From: Alphaproteobacteria bacterium
GTDB taxonomy: Bacteria > Pseudomonadota > Alphaproteobacteria > UBA828
Assembly (NCBI GenBank): GCA_965220745.1
Contig: CBDCQT010000012.1
Coordinates: 352,001-416,000, forward strand
Direction: 5' to 3'
Length of the DNA stretch: 64,000 nt
The notes under the pieces were generated by a model. That model did no database searches. It had not been told where the DNA came from and saw only the letters and a program-made list of their open reading frames with translations. Positions 1 through 10,574 of the stretch are shown here, in pieces. Numbering within the stretch: position 1 is the first letter of the stretch; every line of letters starts with the position of its first letter. The position numbers and the translations under genes are program-made.

Positions 1-2
1 CC

Positions 3-1133
3 TTCCGGCCGGCGCCCACGCCCGAGCATGCCCGCGCGGCGCTCGACGCGATCGAGGCGGCGGAGCGGCCGGTGTTCGTCGCCGGCGGCGGGGTTCGCGC
101 TTCGGGCGCGGCGGTGGAGCTGGTAGCGCTCGCTGAGCGCCTCGCCGTCCCGGTCGCGACCTCGCTCCACGGCAAGGACACCATTACAGGCGACCACCCG
201 CTCTCGGTGGGAGTCGTCGGGACCTACTCGCGCGAGACCGCCAACCGGGTCGTCGGCGAGGCCGACCTCGTCTGCTTCATAGGCTCCGAGACCGGCGGCA
301 TGACCACGCACTTCTGGCAGGTGCCGCCCATCGGCACTCCGGCGGTGCAGATCGACATCGAGCCCCAGTCGCTCGGCCGCAACTACCCGCTCAAGGCGGC
401 GGTCTGCGCCGATGCCAAGATGGCCCTCGACTGGATGCTGGATCATGCCGATCCCGGATCGGCCGAGCGTCGCACGGCGTGGGCCGCCCGCGCCTGCCAG
501 ATCGTGGCGGAGTGGCACGATCGTTACCGGCCGCTATTGGAATCGGACGCCGTGCCCATCAGGCCGGAACGAATCTGCCACGAGCTCACCCGGCACCTGC
601 CGGATGACGCCATCGTCATGGCCGACACGGGGCATTCGGGCATGTGGATGGGCGGGATGTACGACCTGCGCGCGCCCGCGCAGAGCTACATCCGGAGCGC
701 CGGCCATCTTGGCTGGGCATTTCCCGCCGGCCTGGGCGCGAAATGCGCCGCGCCGGAGCGCCCGGTCTTCGTCTTCACCGGCGACGCGGGCTTCTGGTAT
801 CACCTCACCGAGATCGAGACCGCCGTGCGCTGCGGCATCAACACCGTCACCCTGGTGAACAACAACAGCTCGGGCAATCAGGGCTCACCCGGTTTCGACC
901 GCGCCTACGGCGGGAAGCAATCGGAGCAGGGACGCGAGCTCTGGACCTACAACGAGGTCAACTTCGCCACCATCGCCGAGGCCATGGGGGCGCTGGGCTT
1001 GCGCGTCGAGAACCCCGCCGACATCTCCGGCGCGCTTGAAACCGCCTTCGCCGCCAAGCGGCCCGTGGTGATCGATGTGGTGAGCGATATCGAGGCCCAG
1101 GCGCCGCTCGCGGTGATCGGGGCTGACGAATGA
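3..1133 (+). CDS. Thiamine pyrophosphate-binding enzyme, acetolactate synthase-like (5' partial)
   Basis: Frame open from the window edge; central domain (PVFVAGGG, ADLVCFIG, QIDIEP) and TPP-binding motif GDAGF...NNSS. Confidence 0.85.
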   Translation, partial: FRPAPTPEHARAALDAIEAAERPVFVAGGGVRASGAAVELVALAERLAVPVATSLHGKDTITGDHPLSVGVVGTYSRETANRVVGEADLVCFIGSETGGMTTHFWQVPPIGTPAVQIDIEPQSLGRNYPLKAAVCADAKMALDWMLDHADPGSAERRTAWAARACQIVAEWHDRYRPLLESDAVPIRPERICHELTRHLPDDAIVMADTGHSGMWMGGMYDLRAPAQSYIRSAGHLGWAFPAGLGAKCAAPERPVFVFTGDAGFWYHLTEIETAVRCGINTVTLVNNNSSGNQGSPGFDRAYGGKQSEQGRELWTYNEVNFATIAEAMGALGLRVENPADISGALETAFAAKRPVVIDVVSDIEAQAPLAVIGADE

Positions 1134-1177
1134 AGCACGGGGCGGCGCGCCCTCTGGTTGCGCGCCGCCCGGCTTCA
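1131..1177. terminator. GC-rich stem-loop between convergent genes
   Basis: gggcggcgcgc (1140-1150) pairs with gcgcgccgccc (1160-1170); outer tgaagc/gcttca pair; lies between two convergent stops. Confidence 0.55.
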
Positions 1178-1188
1178 CATCGGAACGT

Positions 1189-2226
1189 TTACTTCTTCAG
1201 GCGGGTCCACATGGTGTCGTAGACCTCCTGGGTCGCCTGATCGCACACCGCGACGAACGTGCCGGCGGGCGCATCGGCAGGCGGAACGGACTCGGGCTGG
1301 CTGGCCAGTTCCGGATCGAGATGCGGAGTCACGCCCTCGACGCCCGCCGCATAGCGCGCGAAGTTGGTGACCGCGGCGATGTTCTCCGGCTCCAGCAGGA
1401 AGTCCATGAACTTGATCGCGCTGGCCCGGTTGGGCGCGTCCTTCAGCAGCACGACGTTGTCCATCCAGACGACGTAGCCCTGGCGCGGATAGGCGTATTC
1501 GATGTTGGCGCCTTCCGCCCGCGCCTTGGCGCCGAAGCCGTTCCAGATCATCCCCACGGCGGCATCGCCGGAGACCAGCACGTCCTTGGCGCCGTCGGAG
1601 TTGAAGGAAGCCCAGTGCGGCTTGGCCGCCTGCAGCAGCGCATCGAGCTGCTTGAGCTGCTCGCGGTCGTTCGAGCACTGCGGAATGCCGAGATGCAAGG
1701 CGGCCAGCAGCATGACCTCGCCCTGGGAATCGAGGACGTTGATCTTGCCCTTCAGCTCGTCCGGCGGGTCATAGACGATGCTCGTGTCGTTGATGTCGCC
1801 TTGATAGACGTCCCGGTTCACCGAGAAGCTGGTCGAACCCCACTGATAGGGGATCGAGTGCATCCGGCCCGGATCGAAGGGCACGTCCACCCACTGCGGC
1901 TCGATGTTGCCCCTGTTGGCAAGCTCGCCCTCGGCAATGGTGTCGAGCATGCCTTCGCCGATCATGATCTCGACCATGTAGTCGCCCGGCACCGCCACAT
2001 CGTAGGAGCCGAGCTTGCCGGCCTTGAGCGAGGCCAGCATCGCCTCGTTGGAATCGAAGGTGTCCATGGTCACTTCGATCCCGGTCTCGGCCGCGAACTT
2101 GTCGAGCAGCTCCTGCGGGATGTACTCGAACCAGTGGTAGATCGAGAGTTTCTCCTGAGCCTGTGCCGCGCCTGCGACAAAGGTCAGGGCTAACGCCGCT
2201 ATTCCGGCTTTGAGTAAGGTCCGCAT
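1189..2226 (-). CDS. potD: Polyamine (PotD/PotF-family) ABC substrate-binding protein
   Basis: Signal peptide ending AQA; YHWFEYIP, TFDSNE, SIPYQWG, WMDNVV motifs. Confidence 0.85.
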   Translation of the reverse strand: MRTLLKAGIAALALTFVAGAAQAQEKLSIYHWFEYIPQELLDKFAAETGIEVTMDTFDSNEAMLASLKAGKLGSYDVAVPGDYMVEIMIGEGMLDTIAEGELANRGNIEPQWVDVPFDPGRMHSIPYQWGSTSFSVNRDVYQGDINDTSIVYDPPDELKGKINVLDSQGEVMLLAALHLGIPQCSNDREQLKQLDALLQAAKPHWASFNSDGAKDVLVSGDAAVGMIWNGFGAKARAEGANIEYAYPRQGYVVWMDNVVLLKDAPNRASAIKFMDFLLEPENIAAVTNFARYAAGVEGVTPHLDPELASQPESVPPADAPAGTFVAVCDQATQEVYDTMWTRLKK

Positions 2227-2261
2227 GTCTCCCTCCTTGGTTGCGGTGTTTACGGTGAGGT

Positions 2262-3083
2262 TTACGCCTCCGCCTTCGTTCCAGGCCGCCCGTAACGGCT
2301 GATGAAATAGGACAGCGTGACGATCAGGATCGAGACGGAGAGCATGATGGTGCTGAGCGCCATGATGTCGGGTTTGATCCCCTGCTTCACGGCTCCGAAG
2401 ATCGCCGTGGGCAGGGTTTCGATCCCGGCGCCCTTGATGAAATTGGTGATGATGAAATCGTCCAGCGAGATGATGAATGCCAGCAGAAAGCCCGCGAGGA
2501 TTCCGGGCGCCATCAATGGCATGAGAACGCGCAGGAAGGCCTGGAACCGGCTCGCATACAAGTCCTGCGCAGCCTCCTCGTAACTGCCGTCGATCCCCTG
2601 CAGGCGGGCCGCAATCGGCAGGTAAGCAAAGGGAATACAGAAGACGATGTGCGCCACGAGGATCGAGAGATAGCCGAGCGTGAAGCCGATGGCGCTGAAG
2701 AACACCAGCGTCGCCACGGCGGTGACGATCTCCGGCACCATGATCGGCATGCTGATCAGCGCGAGGTTCAGCGCCTTCCCTTTGAAAGCCCCGCCCCGCA
2801 CCATGGCCACCGCAGCGGCCGTCGCGATGATGGTACTGGCGACGGCGGCTGAGAGCGCAATGGTGAGCGAGTTCCAGGCGGCGTCCTTGAACTTGGCCGA
2901 TTCCGGCCCGGTGAAGATTTCCATGTACCAGCGGAAGCTGAACCCGCCCCAGCGGGTGATGGAGAGCGAGTCGTTGAAGCTGTAGACCATCACCACCAGG
3001 AGCGGCGCGTAGAGCACCACCAGGCAGAGGATCGTGATCGGCAGGAAGCCGGGGTAGCGTTTGATGTTGATCCTTTGCCGCAT
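2262..3083 (-). CDS. potC: Polyamine ABC permease PotC-like
   Basis: [23 protein letters not shown] (EAA loop), SLDDFII; start placed at MRQRINIK. Confidence 0.85.
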   Translation of the reverse strand: MRQRINIKRYPGFLPITILCLVVLYAPLLVVMVYSFNDSLSITRWGGFSFRWYMEIFTGPESAKFKDAAWNSLTIALSAAVASTIIATAAAVAMVRGGAFKGKALNLALISMPIMVPEIVTAVATLVFFSAIGFTLGYLSILVAHIVFCIPFAYLPIAARLQGIDGSYEEAAQDLYASRFQAFLRVLMPLMAPGILAGFLLAFIISLDDFIITNFIKGAGIETLPTAIFGAVKQGIKPDIMALSTIMLSVSILIVTLSYFISRYGRPGTKAEA

Positions 3084-3084
3084 C

Positions 3085-4011
3085 TCAGGCGGCCTGCGCG
3101 CTGCGCCGTGCCTGCCGGCGCGCATAGATGAAGAGCGCGATGAGCACGAGGGAGAGCAGGATCATCGACGCCGCAGCGCCGAAGGGCCAGTTGCCGGCGT
3201 TGCCCTTGAACTGCTCTTCGATCAGCGAGCCGATCAGGAAGTTCTTGGCGCCGCCCAGCAGGTCCGGCGCGAGGAAGGCGCCGAGGCTCGGCACGAAGAC
3301 CAGGATGCAGCCGGCCACGATGCCGGGCCACACGATGGGCAAGATGACCTTGTACAGGATCGTCCAGCGATTCGCGTAGAGGTCGGCCGCCGCTTCGGAC
3401 AGCGCAAAGTCGTAGCGCTCCACCGAGGCATAGATCGGCAGCACCATGAAGGGCAGGTACGAGTAGAACAGCCCGAGCTGCACCGCGAAGTCGGTGTTGA
3501 TGAGCGCGATGGGCTCGCTGATGACGCCCAGGCCCATCAGGGCTTCGTTGAGCGGCCCGTTGTCCCGGATCAGGAACTTCATCGAGACCGTGCGGATCAG
3601 CAGGTTCACCCAATAGGGCACCGTCACCAGGAAGAGCCACATCGAGCGCGTCGCGGGCGAGCGCGTCGCGATGAAGTAGGCGGTGGGGAAGCCGATGATG
3701 AGGCAGAGCAGCGTCGCGACGGCCGCCTGGATGATCGAGCGCACGAAGATGACGATGTAGGTCCACTCTATCTGCGGCGGCTCGTCGCCGAAGAGGCCAC
3801 GGTCGAAGATGAACTGGTCGTAAGCCGCGAGCGAGAACTCCCAGATTACCCCGCCCCGGAACTCCTTCGTCAGGAAGGAGTAGGCCAGCATCATCAGCAC
3901 CGGCGCCACCAGGAAGAAGCCGATGATCACCCAGGTCGGAATCAGCAAGGGGGTGCGCACCGGCGCGAAGGTGCGGGAGACCGCGCGCGTGCTGGCGAGC
4001 TCGCCGGCCAT
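3085..4011 (-). CDS. potB: Polyamine ABC permease PotB-like
   Basis: [25 protein letters not shown] motifs. Confidence 0.85.
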   Translation of the reverse strand: MAGELASTRAVSRTFAPVRTPLLIPTWVIIGFFLVAPVLMMLAYSFLTKEFRGGVIWEFSLAAYDQFIFDRGLFGDEPPQIEWTYIVIFVRSIIQAAVATLLCLIIGFPTAYFIATRSPATRSMWLFLVTVPYWVNLLIRTVSMKFLIRDNGPLNEALMGLGVISEPIALINTDFAVQLGLFYSYLPFMVLPIYASVERYDFALSEAAADLYANRWTILYKVILPIVWPGIVAGCILVFVPSLGAFLAPDLLGGAKNFLIGSLIEEQFKGNAGNWPFGAAASMILLSLVLIALFIYARRQARRSAQAA

Positions 4012-5099
4012 CAGTCCACCAGGAGCCTGGCGCCGCCGGGCGCGATGGCGAGACCCACGCGATCGCCGTTGCGGAAGGACGTCGTGTCGCTGCCGACGTT
4101 CTGCGCGCGCACCAGGACATCCGGTCCCTCATCCAGCCGGACGCCGTACTGGATGTCGGTGCCAAGGTAGACGATCTGGTCCACCACGCCGGTGAGGCCG
4201 GCGCTGCTCTCCGCCTCGGGCACGAGCGAGAGGCGCTCCGGGCGGATCAGCACGTGCGCGGCCGCGCCGTCCTGCGGCGGTGTGCCGGCGGCCTCGCAGG
4301 GAAACACCGCGCCGTTGGGCAGGCGGCTATGCCAGGCGCCGTCCGGCCCTCGCTGCACGGTCACGTCGAGGACGTTGGTCTCGCCGATGAAGTCGGCCAC
4401 GAAGCGGTCGTTAGGCGCCTCGTAGATTTCGTGTGGCGTCCCCACCTGCCGGATCTCGCCCGCCGACATCACGGCGATCCGGTCCGACATCGTCAGCGCC
4501 TCCTCCTGGTCGTGGGTGACGAAGACGAAGGTGATGCCGGTTTCCTCCTGAATCTGCTTCAGCTCGATCCGCATCGCCTGGCGGAGTTTGAGGTCGAGCG
4601 CGGACAGCGGCTCGTCGAGCAGGAGCACCTTGGGCCGGGGCGCCATGGCGCGGGCGAGCGCGACCCGCTGCTGCTGCCCGCCGGAGAGCTGCGCTGGCCG
4701 CCGCGCCGCGAGGTCGCCGAGCTTCACCAGGTCCAGAATGCGGCCGGTCTGGTCCTCGATATCGGCCTTGCTCCAGCCGAGGCGGCGCATTCCGAAGGCC
4801 ACGTTCTCCGCCACCGTCATGTGCGGGAAGAGCGCGTAGTGCTGGAAGACCGTGTTGATCGGGCGCCGGTTGGGCGGCAGCGTCCCGATGTCCTCGCCGT
4901 AGAGCAGGATTTCGCCTTCGGTGATTTCCTCGAAGCCCGCGATCAGGCGGAGCAGGGTGGTCTTGCCGCAGCCGGACGGCCCGAGCAGGGTGAAGAACTC
5001 GTTGTCCCGGATCGTCAGCGACACGCCGGCGAGCGCCGTCACCGCGCCGAAGCGCTTGACGGCGTTGCGCACGTCGATGGCGATGTCTTGCTCGGACAA
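4011..5099 (-). CDS. potA: Polyamine ABC ATP-binding protein PotA-like
   Basis: Walker A GPSGCGKT, LSGGQQQR, LLLDEP, TOBE-like C-terminus. Confidence 0.9.
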   Translation of the reverse strand: MSEQDIAIDVRNAVKRFGAVTALAGVSLTIRDNEFFTLLGPSGCGKTTLLRLIAGFEEITEGEILLYGEDIGTLPPNRRPINTVFQHYALFPHMTVAENVAFGMRRLGWSKADIEDQTGRILDLVKLGDLAARRPAQLSGGQQQRVALARAMAPRPKVLLLDEPLSALDLKLRQAMRIELKQIQEETGITFVFVTHDQEEALTMSDRIAVMSAGEIRQVGTPHEIYEAPNDRFVADFIGETNVLDVTVQRGPDGAWHSRLPNGAVFPCEAAGTPPQDGAAAHVLIRPERLSLVPEAESSAGLTGVVDQIVYLGTDIQYGVRLDEGPDVLVRAQNVGSDTTSFRNGDRVGLAIAPGGARLLVD

Positions 5100-5129
5100 C
5101 GGCGCCTCCCTTCGCCTGTCAATCCGCGC

Positions 5130-6068
5130 CTAGTGGAGAGGGATGTTCGGCCCGGTCAGGGTCTTGAGCGCGTAGTCGGGCTCGTCGACTCTGGAGAAGC
5201 CGACCCTGGCCAACCACTCGTCCGTGGAAAGCCCGAGGATCTCCGTTTCCGACGTCAGGTTGGTGAACGCGCCGGAGGGCAGCGTCACGTAGGGGGCGCA
5301 AGCGAGCGCACAGCCCACGTGATTCTTCGGAACGTGGGACGCCTTCCAGCCGATGTAGATCTTCTTGTAGCGCGCGCCCTGATTCTCGCCGCAGAGATAT
5401 GCCGCATAGGCGATCCTGTTGAGCCTGTTGTCGAGCCTGGTTCTCACCGATTCTTCCTCGTCTCCCGCGAGGTGCATAATTCCCGTGTCTTCCATGAACA
5501 GGCACGCGTGATTGTCGCGATCTTCCGCGATCGCAAAGCCGAGCGCGCACCAGATCCACATGTTGCCGTCCGAGACCATGCTCGTGCGGTACTTTTCCGC
5601 ACAGACGACCATGGCCCCTTCCTGCGGCGGGAAATGCCGCGCGTCGGCGACGCCGAAGAGTTGCCGGGTCGCGTCGCGCAGCGGAATCAGGGAGTAAATC
5701 GGAATGTTCTCGATGCGGCCTACGGGATACGTCTTGCCGATGCGGGAATCGATCGCCAGGTCGTAACCCCAAATCGCCCCGTTGACGCCGCTGAACGACG
5801 ACGCCTGCAGCATATTAACCTGGCCGATATAGGAATCGTTACATTCCGCGCGGTCGTAGGACACGATCTCGGCCATGCCCTGGTCCAGGTCCTCCTCGAA
5901 CGGAAAACCGGGAAACTGTTCCAGGTTTACCGCGCCTGTGGAAAGCAGGATGGTCGAGATGTAGGACCCCGGTTGACCCGTGGCCGTCGGCTCCTGATAT
6001 CCCCCGCAGCTGCCCGCCGTCGTGTTGCGACAGTTCCGAACGATCTCTTCTATACGAGCGTCAGCCAT
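5130..6068 (-). CDS. hdcA: Pyruvoyl-dependent histidine decarboxylase proenzyme homologue
   Basis: IVSYDRAE, YIGQVNM..ASSFSG (Ser90-Ser91 autocleavage site), CAEK and FMEDTG match my recollection of Lactobacillus/Clostridium HdcA motifs. Confidence 0.8.
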   Translation of the reverse strand: MADARIEEIVRNCRNTTAGSCGGYQEPTATGQPGSYISTILLSTGAVNLEQFPGFPFEEDLDQGMAEIVSYDRAECNDSYIGQVNMLQASSFSGVNGAIWGYDLAIDSRIGKTYPVGRIENIPIYSLIPLRDATRQLFGVADARHFPPQEGAMVVCAEKYRTSMVSDGNMWIWCALGFAIAEDRDNHACLFMEDTGIMHLAGDEEESVRTRLDNRLNRIAYAAYLCGENQGARYKKIYIGWKASHVPKNHVGCALACAPYVTLPSGAFTNLTSETEILGLSTDEWLARVGFSRVDEPDYALKTLTGPNIPLH

Positions 6069-6080
6069 CGCGTCGTTCCT

Positions 6081-6842
6081 TCAGGCCGTGAATCCGAGCC
6101 GCCTGCCGAGATCGGCAGCGGCCTCGGCCAGTTTCTGCTTGATGCGGGTGGGCTCCATGGGGCGGAAGCGGTCCGCGAGCCCGGTGATGCCGACCGAATA
6201 GAGGACGTAGCCGCCGTTTACGCGGATCGGATGGCCGTAGCTCAGCACGCCGGCATCGAGCTCGTTGTCGCAGACCGCCACGCCGTCCGCACGGATCTGC
6301 GCGAGCTCGTCGAGGATGTCGGTTTCCTCGACCTTGGTCTTGTCCGTGAAGCGCGTGCGCGGGCGCGACAGGTAGCGGGCGACGAAGGCCTCGTCCTGAA
6401 ACGCGAGGAGCGCCTTGCCGCTGGCCGCCGCGTGCAAGGGCAGTTGGCGCCCCGGCTGCACGAAGGCGCGGTCCGAGCCCGAGGGCTGCTCCATCAGCAC
6501 GGATTCCGCGAAGTCGCCGTTCAGCCGGGCCAGATGGGCGGTCTCGCCGAACTCCGCCACGAGATCGTCGAGGACCGACTTGGCGAGGCCCGCATAGCCA
6601 GCGCGGTCCATGGTCGTGTGCAGCAGGGTCTGCAGGCGCGGCCCGGTCACGTAGCTCTTGGTGCCGGGCGCGCTGCGGAGCAGGTCGAGGTCGGCGAGGC
6701 CGCGGATCAGGCGATGCGCCGTCCCCGGCTGCAGGTCCATCTCCCGCGCGATGTCGGTGAGCGTCAGGCCGGTCTTGGCCCGCGCAACCGTCTCGAGGAC
6801 CCGGATGTACCGGCCGAGCGGCTTGTCGTTGCTATCGCTCAT
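6081..6842 (-). CDS. IclR-family transcriptional regulator
   Basis: HTH LTLTDIAREMDLQPGTAHRLI; PLHAAASGKALLAF effector domain. Confidence 0.9.
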   Translation of the reverse strand: MSDSNDKPLGRYIRVLETVARAKTGLTLTDIAREMDLQPGTAHRLIRGLADLDLLRSAPGTKSYVTGPRLQTLLHTTMDRAGYAGLAKSVLDDLVAEFGETAHLARLNGDFAESVLMEQPSGSDRAFVQPGRQLPLHAAASGKALLAFQDEAFVARYLSRPRTRFTDKTKVEETDILDELAQIRADGVAVCDNELDAGVLSYGHPIRVNGGYVLYSVGITGLADRFRPMEPTRIKQKLAEAAADLGRRLGFTA

Positions 6843-6862
6843 CGCTCGGGTCGCCGGGTTCG

Positions 6863-9184
6863 TTACGACGCATCGCGCTGCTGCAACGCCGTCACCACGC
6901 GCTCCGGCGTGATCGGCATCTCGAACACGCGCACGCCGATGGCGTCGGCGACCGCGTTCGCGATGGCGGGTGCAACGGCGGTCATGGCCGGCTCGCCGAT
7001 ACCCTTGGCGCCGAAGGGCCCGACGCCGCTGCGCGATTCGAGGATGATGCACTCGACGTTCGGCATGTCCATCGCCGTCGGCATCAGGTATTCGCTGAAC
7101 GACGGCGTGACCAGCCGGCCCTCCTCGTAGAGCATCTCCTCGCTGAGAGCGTAGCCCTGTCCGTTCTGAGCGCCGCCCTGGATCTGGCCTTCGACCGCCG
7201 CCGGGTTGATGCACTGGCCAACGTCGTGGGCGGCGACGCTCTTCAGCACCTCGACCTCGCCGGTCTCCACATCGACCGAGACCTCGACCGCGTGGGCGCC
7301 GTAGGCATAGTCCGGGTGGGCCTGGCCCTGCCCGGTCTCGGGATCGAGAAAGTCGCCGAAGGGCGCGCGGAAGATCGCAAGCTCCGAGCGGTGGATGCCC
7401 TCGGCCGCGCAGGTGCGCACCAGATCGACCAGCGGCATGCGCTGCTCCGGCTTGTCGATGACGAAGACCTCGTTGAAGGCCATGTCGATCTCGTCCGGCG
7501 CGACGCCGAATTCTTGGGCCGCGCGTTCGGCGAGGCGGGCGCGCAGACCCTCGGCCGCCTGCTTGGCGGCATTGCCGGTCATGTAGAGCGCGCGCGTCGC
7601 CGTGGTGGTGCCGGCGAGCGGGGTGACGGCGGAATCGCTGTTGTAGATGACGACGTTGTCGAGGGTGACGCCCAGCACCTCCACCGCGATCTGGCCGAGC
7701 GCGGAGATCTGCCCGGCGCCGATGTCGGTGACGCCGGAGCGCACCACCACGGTGCCGTCCATCTCAACGCCAACCCAGGCCTCCGAGGTGTCGTGCAGGA
7801 AGGTGAGGCGGCCATAGCTCTGCTGGTAGCAGGCGAGGCCGCGGCCGATCCGGATCGGCCCGTCGGAGGCAGTGGGCTCGCCCAGCCCGGCCCAGGCCTT
7901 CTCCGCGCACTGCTCGGTCCAGATCGCGCTCGGCGGCACGAAGCCCGTGGACATGGGCTCGCCGGTCTTCAGGAAGTTCCGGCGCCGGAGCTCCAGGCGG
8001 TCGATGCCGAGCGTGTTGGCGATCTCGTCCATCTGCTGCTCGTAGGCTGCGCAGGCCTGCAGCGCGCCGAAGCCCCGGAAGGCGCTGGTGTACATGTTGT
8101 TGGTCGCCACGGCCTTGGCGAAGACATTGAGGTTGTCCACCCGGTAGGGGCCGGGCGCCGCCACCAGCGCGTAGAGGATGACGTAGGGGCTCAGGAACAC
8201 GTAGGCCCCGGCGTCAGCGATCATCTGCACGTCGAGGGCCGTGATCTTGCCGTCGTTCGTCACGCCGGTGCGGTAGGTCAGGATGAAGGGGTGGCGCTTG
8301 CCGTGGCCCACGAACGAATCCTCGCGCGAGTATTCCAGCCGCACCGGCCGCCCGGTCTGCTTGGCGAGCAGCGCGAGATAGACCTCGACGGTCAGGTCCT
8401 CCTTGCCGCCGAAGCCGCCGCCCACCAGTGCGCCGCGCACGCGGACCTTGTTGTGGGGCACACCGAGGGCATCGGCGATGGGCCGGAAGTGCTCGATCAC
8501 CTGGGTCGAGACCCGGATGTTGACCACGTCGTTCTCGTCAACCCAGGCGAGGCCCACCTCCGGCTCCAGGAAGGCGTGCTCCTGGAAGGGCGTCCTGTAG
8601 GTGTTCTCGACGATCAGGTCGGCCTCGGCGAAGCCCGCCTCGGCATCGCCCTTCTTGATCTTGCGCTCGGCGACGATGTTGTCGCTGCCATAGACCAGCG
8701 GCGCGCCTGGCTTCAGCGCTTCCAGGGTGTCGTAGACGCCGGGGATCGGCTCCAGCGCAAACTCGATGAGCTCCGCCGCGTGGTCGGCGATGTCGCGGGT
8801 CTCCGCCGCGATCAGCGCCAGCGGCTCACCGAAGTAGCGCACCCGGTCCTTCACCAGAATCGGCTGGTCGGTGTCCAGCCGCTTCTGGCCGGTCTGGCCG
8901 GGGATGTCGGTGGCCGCCGTGCGGTCGGCGAGGTCGTCGGCGGTGAGCACGCAGGCGACGCCCCGGAGCGCCCGTGCCTTCGACACATCGAGTCGGACAA
9001 GCCGGGCGCTCGCGATGTCGGCGCGGAGCACCCGCATGTGCAGCATGTTCGGCATCACGTAATCGCCGGCGTAGGGCGTGCGGCCCGTGACCTTGCCCGG
9101 CGCATCGGTGCGGGTCAGCGGCTTGCCGACCTGCCGAAACTGGACGTTGGCCAATGTCCCCGGATCCATGTCGGTGTGGGTCAT
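6863..9184 (-). CDS. Xanthine dehydrogenase-family molybdopterin-binding subunit
   Basis: GGGFGGK, AFRGFG, DIGAG, GAKGIGEP (catalytic Glu). Confidence 0.9.
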   Translation of the reverse strand: MTHTDMDPGTLANVQFRQVGKPLTRTDAPGKVTGRTPYAGDYVMPNMLHMRVLRADIASARLVRLDVSKARALRGVACVLTADDLADRTAATDIPGQTGQKRLDTDQPILVKDRVRYFGEPLALIAAETRDIADHAAELIEFALEPIPGVYDTLEALKPGAPLVYGSDNIVAERKIKKGDAEAGFAEADLIVENTYRTPFQEHAFLEPEVGLAWVDENDVVNIRVSTQVIEHFRPIADALGVPHNKVRVRGALVGGGFGGKEDLTVEVYLALLAKQTGRPVRLEYSREDSFVGHGKRHPFILTYRTGVTNDGKITALDVQMIADAGAYVFLSPYVILYALVAAPGPYRVDNLNVFAKAVATNNMYTSAFRGFGALQACAAYEQQMDEIANTLGIDRLELRRRNFLKTGEPMSTGFVPPSAIWTEQCAEKAWAGLGEPTASDGPIRIGRGLACYQQSYGRLTFLHDTSEAWVGVEMDGTVVVRSGVTDIGAGQISALGQIAVEVLGVTLDNVVIYNSDSAVTPLAGTTTATRALYMTGNAAKQAAEGLRARLAERAAQEFGVAPDEIDMAFNEVFVIDKPEQRMPLVDLVRTCAAEGIHRSELAIFRAPFGDFLDPETGQGQAHPDYAYGAHAVEVSVDVETGEVEVLKSVAAHDVGQCINPAAVEGQIQGGAQNGQGYALSEEMLYEEGRLVTPSFSEYLMPTAMDMPNVECIILESRSGVGPFGAKGIGEPAMTAVAPAIANAVADAIGVRVFEMPITPERVVTALQQRDAS

Positions 9185-9678
9185 GGTGCACCTCCCTCGG
9201 CGCGCATGTCGTCGGCCGCGTCGGCGATCGCCTCGAAGATCTTGGTGTAGCCGGTGCAGCGGCAGAGATTACCGCTCAGCCCTAGGCGAATGTCCTCCTC
9301 GCTCGGCTCCGGGTGCTCGTCGATGATCGCCTTGGCCGCGATGATGATGCCGGGAATGCAGTAGCCGCATTGCGCGGCGCCGCCGTCGGCGAACGCCTTC
9401 TGCAGCGGATGCGGCGAGTCCAAATCACCGAGGCCGGAGACCGTGGTGATCTCCTTGTCGGCCGCCATCCAGGCCAGCGTCAGGCAGCTGTCCACGGCCA
9501 TGCCGTCGAGCAGCACGGCGCAGGCGCCGCAGTCGCCCTTCTCGCAGCCGCACTTTACCTCCATGTGGCCGAGGTGCCGCAGCGCTTCGAGAAGCGTGCG
9601 ATGGGCGGGGAAGCGCCCTTCCTCCTCGCGGCCGTTGATGCGGAGCGTGATGGTCCTTGTCTCAGGCATGAGTGTCAC
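9181..9678 (-). CDS. XDH-family 2x[2Fe-2S] subunit
   Basis: GCEKGDCGAC, QCGYC, NLCRCTGY; start may be the ATG at 9669. Confidence 0.92.
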   Translation of the reverse strand: MTLMPETRTITLRINGREEEGRFPAHRTLLEALRHLGHMEVKCGCEKGDCGACAVLLDGMAVDSCLTLAWMAADKEITTVSGLGDLDSPHPLQKAFADGGAAQCGYCIPGIIIAAKAIIDEHPEPSEEDIRLGLSGNLCRCTGYTKIFEAIADAADDMRAEGGAP

Positions 9679-9682
9679 TCCC

Positions 9683-10549
9683 TCAGGCCAGCCGATCCCA
9701 CGCCTGGGAAACCAGGCGCCGGGTGAGGGCTTCGACCGTGTGGCGGCGGTAGCCAGCGGAGGCCCGGATGTCGTCGATGGGGGTGCAGGTGTCCGCCGCC
9801 GCCTCCGCCGCCGCGTCGATGAGCGCTGGCGTCAGCGTCTGGCCTTCCAGCACCGCCTCCGCCTCTTTGACGCGGCGCACGACGGGCGCGACGGAGGCGA
9901 GCGCGATCCGCGCCCTGGTGCAGGTGCCGTCCGATACCGACAGCGCCACCGCCACGCCGGTGACGGTGATGGCATCGCCCTTGCGCCGCGCGAGCTTGTA
10001 GAAGGTGTTCGCCGAGTTCTCCGGCAGCCGCGGCCATGAAATCCGGGTGATCAGCTCGTCCGGCCGGCGCGCGTCCTGCTTGTAGCCGAGGTAGTAGTCG
10101 TCCAGCGCCAGTGTCCGCGTGCCCGACGTGCTCGCCAGCGTCAGCTCGGCATCGAGCACGAGTAGCGGCGGCACCAGGTCCGCTGCGGGCGAGCCGCTCG
10201 CGATGTTGCCGGCGACCGTGCCGGTGTTGCGCACCATCAGGCCGCCGAAGAGGCGCGCGGCCTCGATCAGCGACGGTGCCTCCCTTGCGATCTCGGGCGA
10301 GCGCAGCAGGTCGCTCACCGTGGTGCGGCCGCCGATGGAGATGCGCTCCGGCCCGAACGCCATGCCGAGCAGCTCGTCGACCTCGCCGAGGCCCACCATC
10401 CGGTCCGGCCGCTCGCGCTTCGCGCGAATGTCGACGATCAGGTTCGTGCCGCCCGCGATGGGGAGCACGGTCTCGCCGCCGCCGTTCGCGAGCGCCGTGA
10501 GGGCGCCGTCCAGGGTCGTGGGAATGTCCAGTTCGAAGGGCGCGTACAT
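9683..10549 (-). CDS. XDH-family FAD-binding subunit
   Basis: AGGTNL, VRNTGTVAGN, PIDDIRASAGYR. Confidence 0.9.
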   Translation of the reverse strand: MYAPFELDIPTTLDGALTALANGGGETVLPIAGGTNLIVDIRAKRERPDRMVGLGEVDELLGMAFGPERISIGGRTTVSDLLRSPEIAREAPSLIEAARLFGGLMVRNTGTVAGNIASGSPAADLVPPLLVLDAELTLASTSGTRTLALDDYYLGYKQDARRPDELITRISWPRLPENSANTFYKLARRKGDAITVTGVAVALSVSDGTCTRARIALASVAPVVRRVKEAEAVLEGQTLTPALIDAAAEAAADTCTPIDDIRASAGYRRHTVEALTRRLVSQAWDRLA

Positions 10550-10574
10550 CGCTACGTCTCCCGATTCAGCCGCG

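Noticed and set aside
6863-10549. 4-hydroxybenzoyl-CoA reductase
   Set aside because: FAD subunit lacks the Cys-rich [4Fe-4S] insertion of HcrB
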